Shown one piece after another: positions 1 through 12,972 of a stretch of 64,000 nucleotides of DNA (its first letter is position 1; each line of letters starts with the position of its first letter). The notes beneath the pieces are model-generated. The model did not search any database. It was not told the origin of the DNA and saw only the letters and a list, made by a program, of their open reading frames with translations. Origin of the DNA: Octopus sinensis (lineage: Eukaryota); the NCBI RefSeq assembly GCF_006345805.1, contig NC_042997.1, positions 187,736,001 through 187,800,000 on the forward strand, read 5' to 3'. The translations under genes were made by a program, and so were the position numbers.

Positions 1-277
1 CTCTTCCCCTAAAAATATTGCTGGCCTTATGCCAAAATTTGAAAGAATGATTATCAGTGTTTCTTTTTTCATACTGGGTAAATTCTGTAACTAGCTGTAT
101 CATCCATATCTCGATAAGAACGGGAAAGATCAAGAATAAATCATGTAGGAAAGAAAATTATATAAAACACAGGCACACGCACTTATAGACACACAGTAAA
201 TGGCGTGTTAAAACTATTGATATGTTTCGAGGCTCTGACGATTAAATGTAATGGGGTGGAATTATCTTGGTGGGGAA

Positions 278-367
278 AGAGAGAGAGAGATAGATAAGAT
301 AGGGAGAGAGAGAGTGAGAGTGAGTGAGTGAGTGAGTGAGTGAGTGAGTGAGTGAGTGAGTGAGTGA

Positions 368-446
<79 letters not shown>
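278..446. repeat. Compound microsatellite (GA)n-(GAGT)n-(GT)n
   Basis: Directly visible graded transition of repeat units. Confidence 0.95.
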
Positions 447-449
<3 letters not shown>

Positions 450-793
450 CATCACTCGAATGTATGTGATGGGGGTGTTTTGTAAAGAAAAGGGGTGGGG
501 AAAGAAAAGCAAGAAGTGATGTTTCATGTGAAGCGTAACGCCTCTTGTCATAGAATAGATGCTTGGGGAGAGACTCAGTGGGTATTTTTATTGATTCAAT
601 GTGTGTGCGTGAGCGAAGTTAGCAAGGTAGTATAAATACCTGGTTTGAAGGAACGTTGCTTGACGGCAATGATCCACGTGTTTGTGTGAGAGAGAAAGAG
701 AGGGGGAGCAAGAGTGCGTGTGCGTGCGCGCGCAATTTATGCAGCTATGTACTCAGATACATATATATAATATAATATAATATATATATATAT

Positions 794-1165
794 ACTAGCA
801 GTATCGCCCGGCGTTGCTCGGGTTTGTAAGGGAAATAACTATATAAGCATTTTTAGAGAGTTATAGCCAAAAAATAGCAAAATAATGCATTAAAAATGGG
901 GGGAAAATTATGGTAAATTTTTTTAAATCGTTGACACATCGTAGACATTTTTAGAGAGTTACTTCCCTTATATAATAGCGAAAAAAATGCATTAAAATGG
1001 GGAAAAAATGATGGTAATTTTTTTTTAAATCGTAGACTCATCGTAGACGCGCGCTAATACCCAGAAGGGCTCGATATGAATCACGACTATAAGATACCCG
1101 GTTTTGGTTAAACTGCACCGCAAAATGTGGGAGTAGTTAGGAATCTAAATCGTAGGAGACAGACA
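794..1165 (-). mobile_element. Non-autonomous Helitron-like element, 3' end on the minus strand
   Basis: CTAG at 795-798 next to a (TA)n tract, with a GC hairpin CCCG..CGGG (807-822) about 8 nt inside. This is the canonical Helitron 3' terminus architecture. The other boundary is approximate. Confidence 0.55.
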
Positions 1166-1169
1166 CACA

Positions 1170-1178
1170 CATACATAT

Positions 1179-1247
<69 letters not shown>

Positions 1248-1481
1248 TATATTATATATTAGTTGGTTGTCATAATAAAACTCAAAGTTTCGGATGCCAG
1301 GGCTGAAGTCTGCTCCGGCATCTCATCAGTTATTAAGATAAACAAAAACGCTATGAATTTTTAAAAATCCATTGAATAAAGGGAAACTACTCCAATAGGC
1401 ATTGGGAAAGTAAAACTTCGTTCATAGAATCTATATATGCACACATGTACACATATACACGTTCGCGCACACACACACACA

Positions 1482-1559
<78 letters not shown>

Positions 1560-1583
1560 CACACACGCGTGTACATATACGTA

Positions 1584-1626
<43 letters not shown>

Positions 1627-1993
1627 GTCTATACATATGTAAACATACATACATACATTACACGCACATACACACGTATATATACCCATGCATGCATCAT
1701 TATGTTCATATACACAGCTCTATACGCACATGCACATACATACGCGGATAAATGTATATACAAATAAAAACATATACGCAAAAACATAAACCATAAAACA
1801 TTCACATTCGCCGCAAAACTTGAATATACATATGAGCTGTATATGCATGTACACAAATACACCCTCCTGTCTGTCAAACACATCTACACCTGCAGATATA
1901 TAAACGTGTATACATACATGTATGTATGAAGGAAGGAGACAAGAACAAGAGGCAGAGTTTTACACTCGTATATATATATAAATAAATAAATAA

Positions 1994-2032
<39 letters not shown>

Positions 2033-2035
2033 ATA
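1170..2035. repeat. Microsatellite field: (TA)n, (CA)n/(GT)n, (TAAA)n
   Basis: Directly visible. It explains the spurious HTHT/CVCV/YIYI ORFs. Confidence 0.95.
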
Positions 2036-2244
2036 CAATCATTCGTACACATGTATATATGCACGCACATTCACACTTGATATATACTACATGCGTATAT
2101 AGTTACACAATTATAAAGGGGGAAATAATATATATAAGAAATGTTAAGACATATGAAAGGCTTGTACGTGGACATAATATAAAAAGTGCTTCTATCTGTG
2201 ATCTTGGGGGTCCAAAAACGTAACAAATGTTTTGCCATATGTGG

Positions 2245-2985
2245 ACATAACCCAAAAAGTTCAGTTCTTGAATTTAGACATGTAGCGGTGTCTAAAGAAC
2301 TTTTCTAGATAATCCAACTTTCCATATCGCAAAAAACCGCACTTCCCACTGCCGTTGGTGTAAGGCTTACACTTGGCCAAGATGTTCCAGTGAATCTTAT
2401 AGCTGACACCTTTTTCTTTTAAGGACCATATATGACTGGATAATTTGGTTGTTTTCCTTTTATCCCAGTGTCTAAAGCTTAAGGTGTGATTGAACCTGGC
2501 TTTAAAATTTCCCTCTGTGAGACCCGCATATTTCTTTGACGAAACTATGTCCTTAGTGATTGTAGAGTCTACAGTGGCTTCATAAATGATGGCCTCGGTC
2601 ATACAAACTCCATTTAGCGGGCACAAAATTTTAACTCTGTAGGAACAGCCGGCTTGATTTTGTTATTTTTGTGTGTTGTGTGAAATTATATTTTTAAAGT
2701 TAGTAATAGAACTAAAACTAATTTTCAGGTTATGCCTATTAAAGAACTTCCTATAATTATGATTGATTGAAAAATGCTTGTCTATAAGTGATAAGAAATA
2801 TCTACCTATATTAAGGGTCACTTTGGGGGAGTAAGGTGGTGTGAACCAGATAATTTTCCTATTCCTATTTTTCCTTTTCTTTATTTCTGGACTAATAACA
2901 GGTGTATAGGTTATTTCCTCGCTAAAACCACTATCTTTTAGAGTGTTATCAAGCGATTTTTTTTGGGGGGGGGGAGGAGACAAAC
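2245..2985 (-). mobile_element. Penelope-like retroelement 3' fragment (RT C-terminus plus GIY-YIG endonuclease), frameshifted
   Basis: ORF 2995-2663 reads RNRKIIWFTPPYS..NIGRYFLSLIDKHF..LKISFS. ORF 2626-2261 reads CPLNGVC..IIYEATV..KYAGLTEGNFKARF.HTLSF..TKLSSHIW..IHWNIL, which has GIY-YIG-type motifs. Confidence 0.85.
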
Positions 2986-2987
2986 AG

Positions 2988-3022
<35 letters not shown>

Positions 3023-3033
3023 ATATATATATA

Positions 3034-3066
<33 letters not shown>

Positions 3067-5982
3067 CGACGGGTTTATTTCAGTTTCCGTCTACTAAATC
3101 CACTCACAAGGCTTTGATCGGATGTGACATCTCGGCTTTCTGCCATCGACAGCTACGAATAGTTGTGTACCATTAGGGAGATCGGTCAGGTCAGGGAATA
3201 CTTCGATACTGCTCTAATCGGCTTATATCAATAATTGTATTTCCGTACCTGACCAATTTTCCTTTCCCATTTTCGGCACTTACAGAACTATTGCTTTATT
3301 TTCAGTATGATATGGCTAACACCAGCAAAGAAATGTCCACTTCTGAGGTGCCTCTGCTGCCTTCATTTTAACCACCATCCGTTTAAGGTATGTCAGAATT
3401 AGCCACAATTCTTCACTTTTGTGGGTCGCTATTGGACAATCTTTGTTGTTGTCTTTTTTTTTCAGTTGGGAACCTCACCTCTACTGTGCCAAAGCGTCTT
3501 CCGCGGGCGACGTTTTTATACCCCTGACAGGCTGTAGGAATTTTTCAGTCTGGGCCTGCATTGCTCACTCCAGTCTCCTGGTTTTTGTTGAAATAAATTT
3601 GTAGATGATAGTCTGTTTCTTTTTTTTTCTCTCTCTAGTATCTTCCTGTATTTGAACTCAGAACATAGTGATAGACGAAATACTGCTAAGCATTTCGCCC
3701 GGCGTGCTAACGATTCTGCCAGCTCGCCACCTAAGTAGTAATAATAATAATAATATTTATAATCAGCCCCTCTTTCCACTTCATATAAATAATAACCCTT
3801 ACCTCTGTGGCCTTGGCTCGCTACACCCTCATACAAGGTAATAAGGAAAAACTGAAGCAACGAAGCCACTGTGGCAATTATTTTTAATATCAAAAGCAGT
3901 AATAATAGTATGGTAGTGTTGGCAATGATAAATTTTACCGATATGCGCAAAGCTTTGTGAAACTGGAATTAATTCATCAGAGGCACACTAGGCAATGTTA
4001 CATGAAATGCAGGTGTGTACAATTACATTTAACGTATTCGTGTACACTCGTATATGAAAAGAGATAACCTGCAGAAATAGTCTTGAGAGAAAAATGTTGC
4101 TTATAGATAATATATGTGACAAACACACCGTTGAGCTATGACGTCAATCATAGTACATTGGTGTCTCTTTTGACACAAATGTCTATAAGAAGAATTTTTC
4201 TGTCAAGACGGTTTCTGCAGTGTGTTTTTCTACGTCCGAGTGTACACAAACATGCTAAATATGACCGTGTGCGTGCATGTGTACAGACACATATACAAAC
4301 ACACGTGCACTGTCCACTTTTCTCCGTCATTAAAAGGATTTTGTAGTCGATACGTAAGAAAAAAAGTACTATTTATAGCTCTTACAAAGACTTTTCAAGT
4401 TTTTCAATGCTTCAAGCTAACTAATGCACGCATGCGTGTGTGTGGCCATGTGCAGCAACGCACCTGTATCAAGTGCGTTGAGTTATTTTAATTCTATATT
4501 GTAAAATTATTTCCTCATCCATGAAGGTTTTGCATGGGTTCGCACATGCATACACACATACACGCGCGCGCGCACTCACACACACATACACATACGTATT
4601 TACGGACAAATATATGCGAAACTCGGAGTCGTGTTAGTGAAATTTAAGCTTTCATTAAATAATATGAGTATGTGTGCGTGTGCGCATTTTATGCAATATT
4701 TCTATGAAATTTCTATCAAATTTTTTAGTGAATATTTTGTCAAAAATATTTGAAATAACTAACAAATTTTGCCTAATTTGGTATCAGAATTTGGCAAGAT
4801 TAAATGATCTGTTCTTGGAACAGCTATTTTCTCAACATGAAACAGCAAATAAAATGTATCATATTTTTCTTTGTTTAGTGAGATTATTTATTCCGCCTGG
4901 CAAGTAGGCGAAGGAGTTTCATCTTAAATATATGGTTATTCGTCATTGGAAGAAAATCTAAGTAGTGAAAGAGTATCTAAAGCAACTCGACAATGCCTGT
5001 GCAATATTTATATTAAGAAGTTCTACACGAGAAGAAACAAGTCAGAGTATTTATTCCTTAAAGCACAAACTATAATGTTTTCCTTAGGTGAAAAGGTTGA
5101 GGGTGTAATTTATTGCCATGGGCAAAAAACGGTAAGCTGGGTCTGCAATATAATCCCCAGGCTAATCAATTTTATTTCCGTTAACGAAAAGAAAAAAAAA
5201 GCGGGGACGGGTCATCTATAAATATGAAATTTTCTGCTTGAGTAGGAAAGGAATATTCTGAAAGTTGTTGCGTCAACTTACTGAAGATCGCTTCCATTTA
5301 CTTAAAAACAGCTTTCGCACTAAAAGTAATACGTTAGTGTTAACATATTTAATTCGAGAGAGCATCAAAACCCCAAATAAGAATCATTATGCAGTGACGA
5401 AAAAACAATATTAATCATTAACTAATATTATATTTAATATAAGGGCAGCGAGAATTCTGCCGTAGTCGACTTTGCCTTTCATCAATCGAAGTCGATAAAA
5501 TAACTGCCAGTTGAGTACAGGAATTTTTGTAATCGACTTAACCCCTACTCCCGAACTTGCTGGCCTGGTGCCAAAATTTGAAACCAATATTATATTAATT
5601 ATTTCCGAAAATACTAATTATTCTGAGCATGTTTCAGTATTATTATGACATCTATTTAATATGTCATTTCAACTTTTAACTTACTTATTTCAGCCTGTCA
5701 AACAAGTGACGTGGAATACAGCCCTGTGCTAATACTAACGGTCGCTTGAGTCATCCGGACTCCTTATCTGTATAATGGGAACAGGATATGTTTAATTGAA
5801 TCAACGCATTGGTGTCAAGGAAATGAAAGTATTTATTTCATATTATTGAACCCGGACATTTAAAAAGCAAAGCAGATTTGAATCTGGATATGTAAATTAG
5901 ATTAAAACAACCAATCCAGTTTTCTGAACCAAGTCCGCCAATGTATATAATTAAACTGGTGTTTATTCTATTCAAGTGGAGG

Positions 5983-6272
5983 CACATGGCCTAGTGGTTA
6001 GAACAGCGGACTCGTGGTCGAGGGATCGCGGGTTCGAATCTCAAACCGGGCGATGTGTGTGTTTATGAGCGAAACACCTAAGCTCCACGCGGCTCCGGCA
6101 GAAGGTAATGGCGAACTTCTGCTGACTCTTTCGCCACAACTTTTTCTCACTCTTTCCTCCTGCATCTTGCAGCTCACCTGCGACGGACCGGCGTCCCGTC
6201 CAGGTGGGGAACCTATACGCCAAGGAAACCGGGAAACCGGCCCTAATGAGCCAGGGATGGCTCGAGAAGGAG
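5983..6272 (+). mobile_element. tRNA-derived SINE (type B); sister copy at 34820-35120 (-)
   Basis: A box TGGCCTAGTGG and B box GGTTCGAATC are present. A near-identical inverted copy lies at 34820-35120. The central motif CCTGCGACGGACCGGCGTCCCGTCCAGG resembles conserved metazoan SINE central domains. Confidence 0.85.
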
Positions 6273-6519
6273 GTTCATTCTATTCACCAGCAACACATGA
6301 ATATGTACAAAAAAAAAAACCGGCTATGCGATATTTTTTGTAGTATATTTTGAGAAAAGTGCCACCAGAATAGAAGTACTTTACACACATTTACATAAGA
6401 TTTTACGTGTTTGAATCTAGTATGATTAGAGGCTTGTGCATGATTATTTGATTGCACCTGTTTTTTTTTATTAGCTGTTGTTTGTTTTTGTCATTTTAAA
6501 TATTGTAAAATAGGAGGAT

Positions 6520-7620
6520 GAAGAGGCTTCCAAAGATGTTAATCTTCTGTCTAAACTTCTATAAATTGACGTCTGTGGGAAAACGTGCAACTCTGAGGAA
6601 GAAGGACTGAGAAAATTGTCTATTATAGGTAAATTCAAGGGAAATACATAAGAGTAACAAGGAGAGAGGTGAGGCTAGCACATTACGTAAAAGTAGTACC
6701 AACTTGCTAACTAAAGAAGCAAAGTCTGTATCATTAACGTCCATGAATCTGTAGCCGCATGCTGATGAATTGGTCTTTGCCAATTAGCAGAATGATCTTT
6801 TCGTTAATCTAAAATGTTTGCGCAAGCAGCAGTTGCATCATTTCAGGCAAGTAAAGAGTACTTTAATGTGAGTCGCACTTGAGGTTTGTAGAAGGCCAGG
6901 AAATGAATTAGTTTTTGATCCAGAAGGGGTAGCCTAGCATTTGGGATGCAGTTTTGGTATGTTATGCATGTAAGGCAGTCATGAAAGATCTTCAGAGACT
7001 TTGACGTCAAGTATTCGTAGCGAATTGATGGGTTTAGTATGTGCTTTCATGACTTGAGAAGCTGTCGATGTGTGCAGTAATTGTGATTTTGTGTTGGTGA
7101 AGGAGACTAGATTGCATTTCTGTGTTGGGAGCGACATTTTCAAATCGAGCGTGAGATATCTAAGTTGGATGTAGGTGTCGCCTGTGTGCGGAAGTCTCAG
7201 GCAGACTGTACGGTGGTATCATCTTAATACGATTATATACAGTTAAAGGTAACAAATGCACGATTAATATACAAATAGAAAGGTGTAGGAGATAGGTCTG
7301 ATGTACATAAGATTTGATTGCATACGGGTTGGAATCAGCACTGTCAGCTGCAACGGAGCAATCTTACGGGAATTTTCCGATATAATCGATAAAGACGAAG
7401 GAGAACTAAACAAGGAAGTTCCCATGTTAAACACTATCCAATGCGTTACCAATGTCAAGAGAACGGTATAACTTTCACCGAGCTTCTCATGGGTATATAA
7501 CCTACATTTAAAGAGACAGGGTATTGAAATTGAGGTAGGGACGAGATAAAGGTAACCCGAAAAGAGGAGGTAATATGTATGGGCGTAGTGAAGGCAGCTG
7601 AAGTTATTCAGACCCAAGAG
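6520..7620 (-). pseudogene. Decayed CR1/L2/Jockey-group LINE reverse transcriptase, 3' portion
   Basis: Hand translation across stops and frameshifts gives GESYTV-LDIGNALDSV*H (cf. LDISKAFDRVWH), LRILDVKVSEDLS*, KTASQMLG, FYKPQVRLTLKYS (cf. LYKAQIRPTLEYCS) and FSQSFF. Confidence 0.7.
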
Positions 7621-7823
7621 ATTTTATAAGTTGCAATGTTACAGGTGCTACTATACATATGATTGTATAGTTTCTAGGGGGTATATAATTAGGAGACTTA
7701 CTTACATAAAAGCCATTACAAATATACATAATCTGATCAGCAGGGTAGAATATGATAGAAGGGGGGGATATGATGAAGTCAGACTCTAACTAGGCAGGAG
7801 TTATCATGGGATAGTGATTACAT

Positions 7824-8405
7824 ATCATCATCATCATTGTTCGACCGTGGTCGAGACAATGGAATTTACCATGCTACGCCAGACTTCACGGTCCATCATG
7901 GCATTACGGAGGTCCTGTTGCTGGATGCCTGTATCCCTGGAGATTACATCAGGGTAGGAGAGTGTGCGTTCTCTGGTATTGCGAGTAGATGGCTTCCAGA
8001 GGAGAAGAGTAGAAATTACTTCTTTTTCAGCTCTACAACAATGTCCAGCAAACTGGATCTCCTACCTTTCACAAGAGATGACACAGGTGGTAGTTTCCCA
8101 TATATTTGCATTTTGGTTGGATGGCGCTTCCACGAGAGGTTTTGAGCTCTCATAAGGAGGTGAGTGTAGGTTCCATCCAACCACCTCTCAAGCTTCTTTG
8201 ATAACGTCCAGGTTTCTGAGCCATATAGTAGAATTGGTTCGACTGTGGCTTTGAAGATTTCAAGTTTGAAGTCTCTACTTAGATTTGATGACCAGATCTT
8301 ATGCATGTCATTACAGACTGACCAGGCCATACCCTTTCTAGTTAGAAAGTCTTTTCCAGATGATGATATGTATGACCCAAGATATTTATAATCAGAAACC
8401 ATAAA
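7824..8405 (-). mobile_element. RTE-clade LINE 3' fragment with (TGA)n tail
   Basis: ORF 8438-8016 reads DYKYLGSYI..IFKATVEPILLYGSETWTL..LDGTYTHLLMRAQNLSW. It continues out of frame to ..AMMDREVWRSMV..STTVEQ* followed by (TGA)n at 7824-7837. Confidence 0.88.
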
Positions 8406-8604
8406 CCATGGTTTCTGATTACATATAGCACACCACATACCATAACATATAGCTTATAACATATGCAATGCAATTTAATTCACCATATAACACAATATCC
8501 CATGATTTTATTATATATAATACTAGAGAGTAAGTTTACAACGGATACGAAACCGAAATTAATTTCCACCATCAAAGTTCAAGTATGGCACCTGTTTACC
8601 TGTT

Positions 8605-8652
<48 letters not shown>

Positions 8653-9211
8653 TATACACATACATACATACATACATACATATACACACATACGAGCAGA
8701 ACGCCCCCGTCCCTGTCCAATGGACGGTGCTGAGTTGTCAAACATTTAAACCAAATTTTCTCAAAACAACTTGTCCGAGTGTCCCATAGGCCTCCCCTTT
8801 GAGAAACACTGAGTTAAACTAAATTTGAGACACCAGCAAAAGAAGAAATAGCGATAGACTTTTTTTCTATTCCAAAGAAAAACGATTTTATTCACATAAA
8901 TATGCAACCGAAGAGTTTAAAGTACCAGTAATGATAAGGATGTTGACTGGGAGAACACAAACATGGTTTAAATAGTAAGCTTGGCAGGAAAGAAACGTGC
9001 CTTTAAGCAGTACAAAAACAACAAAAAATGCAAGGTGCAGTTATGTACAGGTTGACGGAAGAAAAGCAGGACAAAAACGGCTTTATCGATCGCATTCTCA
9101 CCTGGAATCGATTTTTATAATTTTTTCAAGACTTATACACGTCCTGATACCGTCGGTATCTACATATTAAATTTGAGCGCAATCGGATGGAGGATGCCCG
9201 AAATCCTAGAA

Positions 9212-9270
<59 letters not shown>

Positions 9271-9320
9271 CACAACACACACACACACACACAGGCAGAA
9301 CGGATTTTATATAAGAGATA

Positions 9321-9492
9321 TAGAGCAAGTAGAAAGATAAATTTTATTCATCGTGTGGATATTGAACAGTATATATTTAAAGGATAAATTCCGTTTTTTT
9401 TTTAAAGCAGAAAAAAAAAAGGATTTTATCCTTTAACTATATACTGTTCAGTATCCACACGTTGAATAAAATTTATCTTTCTACTTGTTCTA
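9321..9492. repeat. 72-bp inverted repeat (foldback or MITE-like hairpin)
   Basis: 9321-9392 is the reverse complement of 9421-9492 with about 5 differences. The spacer is a T-run/A-run. Confidence 0.9.
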
Positions 9493-10722
9493 CAATACAT
9501 TTCAACGCTTCCAAAACAAACTTGTTTGTTTACATACGACGTATATATATAATGTGGGCAATATTTTCAATCGAGACGTTACAAGTGTGTCTGATTCTTC
9601 AAGTGCCTCAACTCAGATGATATACTTATCCGATTGCTGACATTTAGCAATAGTTTCTTTCATTGTTTTGATATACCATTTTCCACCGTTATTGAAACTA
9701 TGGGCATTTTTTTTTAAACACGGATATGCTAGTAATGTAAATAAATAAGAATAGGGAGAATGCTTAAGTGCTTTTTCATCAGTTATTTACTTTTTCTGTG
9801 AACCTAACAGTTTGAGGACTAGCATTGACATGGTGGAATGCAATTCTGTCGTTTTGCTGCTGCTACTGCGCATGTTGTCGATGTCTGTGTTGTTATTGTA
9901 TAAATCAGCTGAGCCCTGATTAAGCATACTTATGATAAAAGACATTCAGGCTGAGTCCATCCACCTTTTTTTTTTTAAAGGATGATACTCAAACAAGACT
10001 ATCCACCGGATCCTTCCGTCTTTAAAAAAACAAATATCAAAATTAATCCATCAAGTATTTTGTTAATTCGTCGCAGTGTACAAAGCATCAAGTTTTTGAA
10101 ATTAAATATCTGTAGAGATTGTACATTTATAATATTTCAAATTATAACGATACTTAACATATTATATTAAGTATTAAACACAATCTTTGGATGAAAAATT
10201 GCTTTAGGTTGTGCTTCAAGTCTTCTGAACAAAAGGATTTTCACTGGTGTTTAGAATTCTGTCACCGCTATCATTTGATCATCAGCCCAAATCACAATTT
10301 CAAATGTGGCTGCAAGAGTGCATCCTATAAAACAAATCGCTGACTGCGAGAATATTCAGGAAAATGCTACATCTGGAGAAACTCTGGCATGTGTGTTATA
10401 ATGAATCAGTGGGTCGCATCAAGTTCGACTGATTCCGTGGCGTACATAGGTCAGTTAGATTAAGGTTGATTTGAGGATTAAACAGCTATTAAACAGCGTG
10501 CGGAGAAGGGGGGGGGAGAAATTGAAATTAATGATGACGAAAAGCCTTGAAAGTATTTAATCCAGTTAGCACAGGCGATTCCACTTGATTGCAAAACGGA
10601 TAATTGCATAACTTTTCAAAACAATAAATCGTTTTCGCATGTAATTAATGCATCAGTTTCAATAAATTATATCAATTATGTTCGTATTACATTTGTGTAC
10701 ATACACATGCATGTATGCATGT

Positions 10723-10823
<101 letters not shown>

Positions 10824-11421
10824 AGAAGTTTATCTTGTATGTAATGAAATTGTCGGAAATGTATCAATATTTGCGGTGCATGATGACTTATACGTAAATT
10901 ACTTTAATTTCAGTTAACGGCACCGTAAAAAAAATTTCCGCCGATATTTTGTAAAAAAAAAAAACAAATAATACGCGTGTGTAGTATAAAACTGACGATA
11001 TGGTAGGAATATAATAGTCCTGGAAGATTTCATATTTATAACGAACTAAAGCTACAGTAGTTAGTTGTTCCTATTTATAAAAAGAAATTTAAAGAGTCAA
11101 ATGTATTTAAGTCATTCTTACTATTTTAATGAATTAAAGATTATCGCAATTCAGATTCTGTAGTATGTTTATTGTATTTAAAATACATTAAACATAAAAT
11201 TCTTCAATAAATGAATCTTCGTTGTTAATAAAAAAATTTGTAAAAATATATTTTGAATGATGAGATGAATAGACGCTACATTAAGCTTGTACTTAACCCG
11301 GTCAATTCTTTCGTTAATCCGTATGACCCTAGTTGTTATCGGAAAGTATGAGCTTGGCTAAGCTTGGTAACTGAATTATATCAAAGGATATTATAAAACC
11401 TCATTGAGACGGTGCCCAAAA

Positions 11422-12972
11422 CGAGAGGGTACTCAAAGGAAACTGGAATTTTGCAATGTTATTTTATTTATTTGCTTTTATATGTTTACATTTTTATCGC
11501 TTTCAAAGTATTCTCCATTTCAAGCAATGCATCGGTCCAGACACGTTTTCCACTGTTATTAGCAGTCCTGGAACTCTTGCCAAGTGATGCCTTTTAACGC
11601 TTCCGCCGTTTATTTCTTCACTTCTTCCACATCCGCAAAACGTTTTCCTTTAAGGACTTTTTTCATTCGGAGGAACAAAAAAAAAGTAGCAGGGAGCAAG
11701 ATTGGGTGAATAAAGAGGGTGGGTAAGTGGAGTCATGCCATTTTGGTCAGAAACTGTCTCACACTCAAGGCGGTGTACGCAGGCGCAATGTCGTGATGAA
11801 GTCACCACTCTCCACTTTGCAATAGGTCAGGCGTTTTCGTCTCACCGCGTCTCGCATACGCTTCAGAACTGCCAAGTAAAATATCTGGTTAACAGTTTGA
11901 CCAAGAGGAAAAAATTCTGTGGAAAATCCTTTTCTCATCGATGAAACAAATCAGCATCGTCTTGATATTGGACTTCACTTGACGCGCTTTTTTTTGGAGC
12001 TTGGTAACATTGAATGCTTCCATTGACTTGATCGCTGCTTCGTTTCCGGGTCGTAGCCGTAGCACCAGCTTTCATAACCAGTGATGACCTTCGATAAAAG
12101 TCCGGATCAACTTCCAACTGTTCTTTCAGTTCACGACATGCATTCAGTAGTGTCTGTTTTTGATCTTCCGTGAGCAAGTGAAGCACAAATTTTGCTGCAA
12201 CTCTTTTCATTCGCAATTCCTCGATCAAAATTCGTTGGCAGGAGCTCCAGGACACACCAGTCACATCAATGCGTTTCTTGTTTATCTTAACGCATTAAAT
12301 CAAAAAGACACTGCTACATCCTTGGTTACTGACAACTGAAATAACTGAGAAAAGAAAAAATGATGAATTATTCGCAAGAATATTTGTATCACAACTGAGA
12401 AAGAATTTGTCCGAAATATTTTCATTTGTAATTGTCTGTTTCGGAGGGAGATGTAGTGCGCACGTGTGTGTGTGTAAAACTAATAAATCCAGGATACACT
12501 AGTAACATCAACAAGTTCATCAATTGTTCGCCGACGGTCCTCCAAAATCAGTCCCAAAATTTTCGTGATGTTTTCAGTCCTTTGGGAGGTCGACGGTCGC
12601 CCTGAACGAGGTTGGTCTTCAAGCGACAAGTGATCATTCCTAAAGCGTGAAAACCATTTGTAAACTTGTTTTTCTCATGGCAGCGTCCTTGTAAGCTGCT
12701 TGAAGCCTGACAACTGTTTCGGCCGCCGTTTGCTCCAGCAGAAAACAGAATTTCACGGAAACACGCTGTTCAGCCATCGCAAAGATCGACGAACAGAGAA
12801 GAAGCACTATAAAGCAATGAAGCACCGCGTGGCAGTGCGACTACTCTTGACGCCGCCGGTCGGCAGTGTGATGCCTGAGGGTCACATCAAGTGGCTTCTA
12901 GCGGCGAAAGTTTGAACTACATCTGGCTTGCCTCACAGAGAACGTTTCCGGTTACTTTTGAGTACCCCTCCT
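11422..12972 (-). mobile_element. Decayed mariner (Tc1/mariner) transposon, interrupted by a 219-bp insertion
   Basis: Degenerate TIRs GAG(A/G)GGTACTCAAA.G.AAC.GGAA at about 11422-11450 and 12946-12972. Transposase pieces read MAEQRVSVKFCFLL..TAAETV, RTIDELVDVTSVSW, GVSWSSCQRIL..MKRVAAKFV, VITGDESWCYGYDPETK and LKGKRFADVEEVK. Confidence 0.9.
12270..12488 (+). repeat. 219-bp dispersed repeat inserted in the mariner; second copy at about 14748-14967
   Basis: The two direct copies are highly similar. The first is flanked by a diverged 23-bp duplication of mariner coding sequence. Confidence 0.85.

Noticed and set aside
620-680. TATA-like GTATAAATA with downstream sequence as a promoter
   Set aside because: It is a single short motif in AT-rich DNA with no supporting exon.
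183-1883. Multiple 60-120 aa ORFs (HTHT, CVCV, YIYI)
   Set aside because: They are translations of dinucleotide microsatellites. The same applies to similar ORFs throughout the window.
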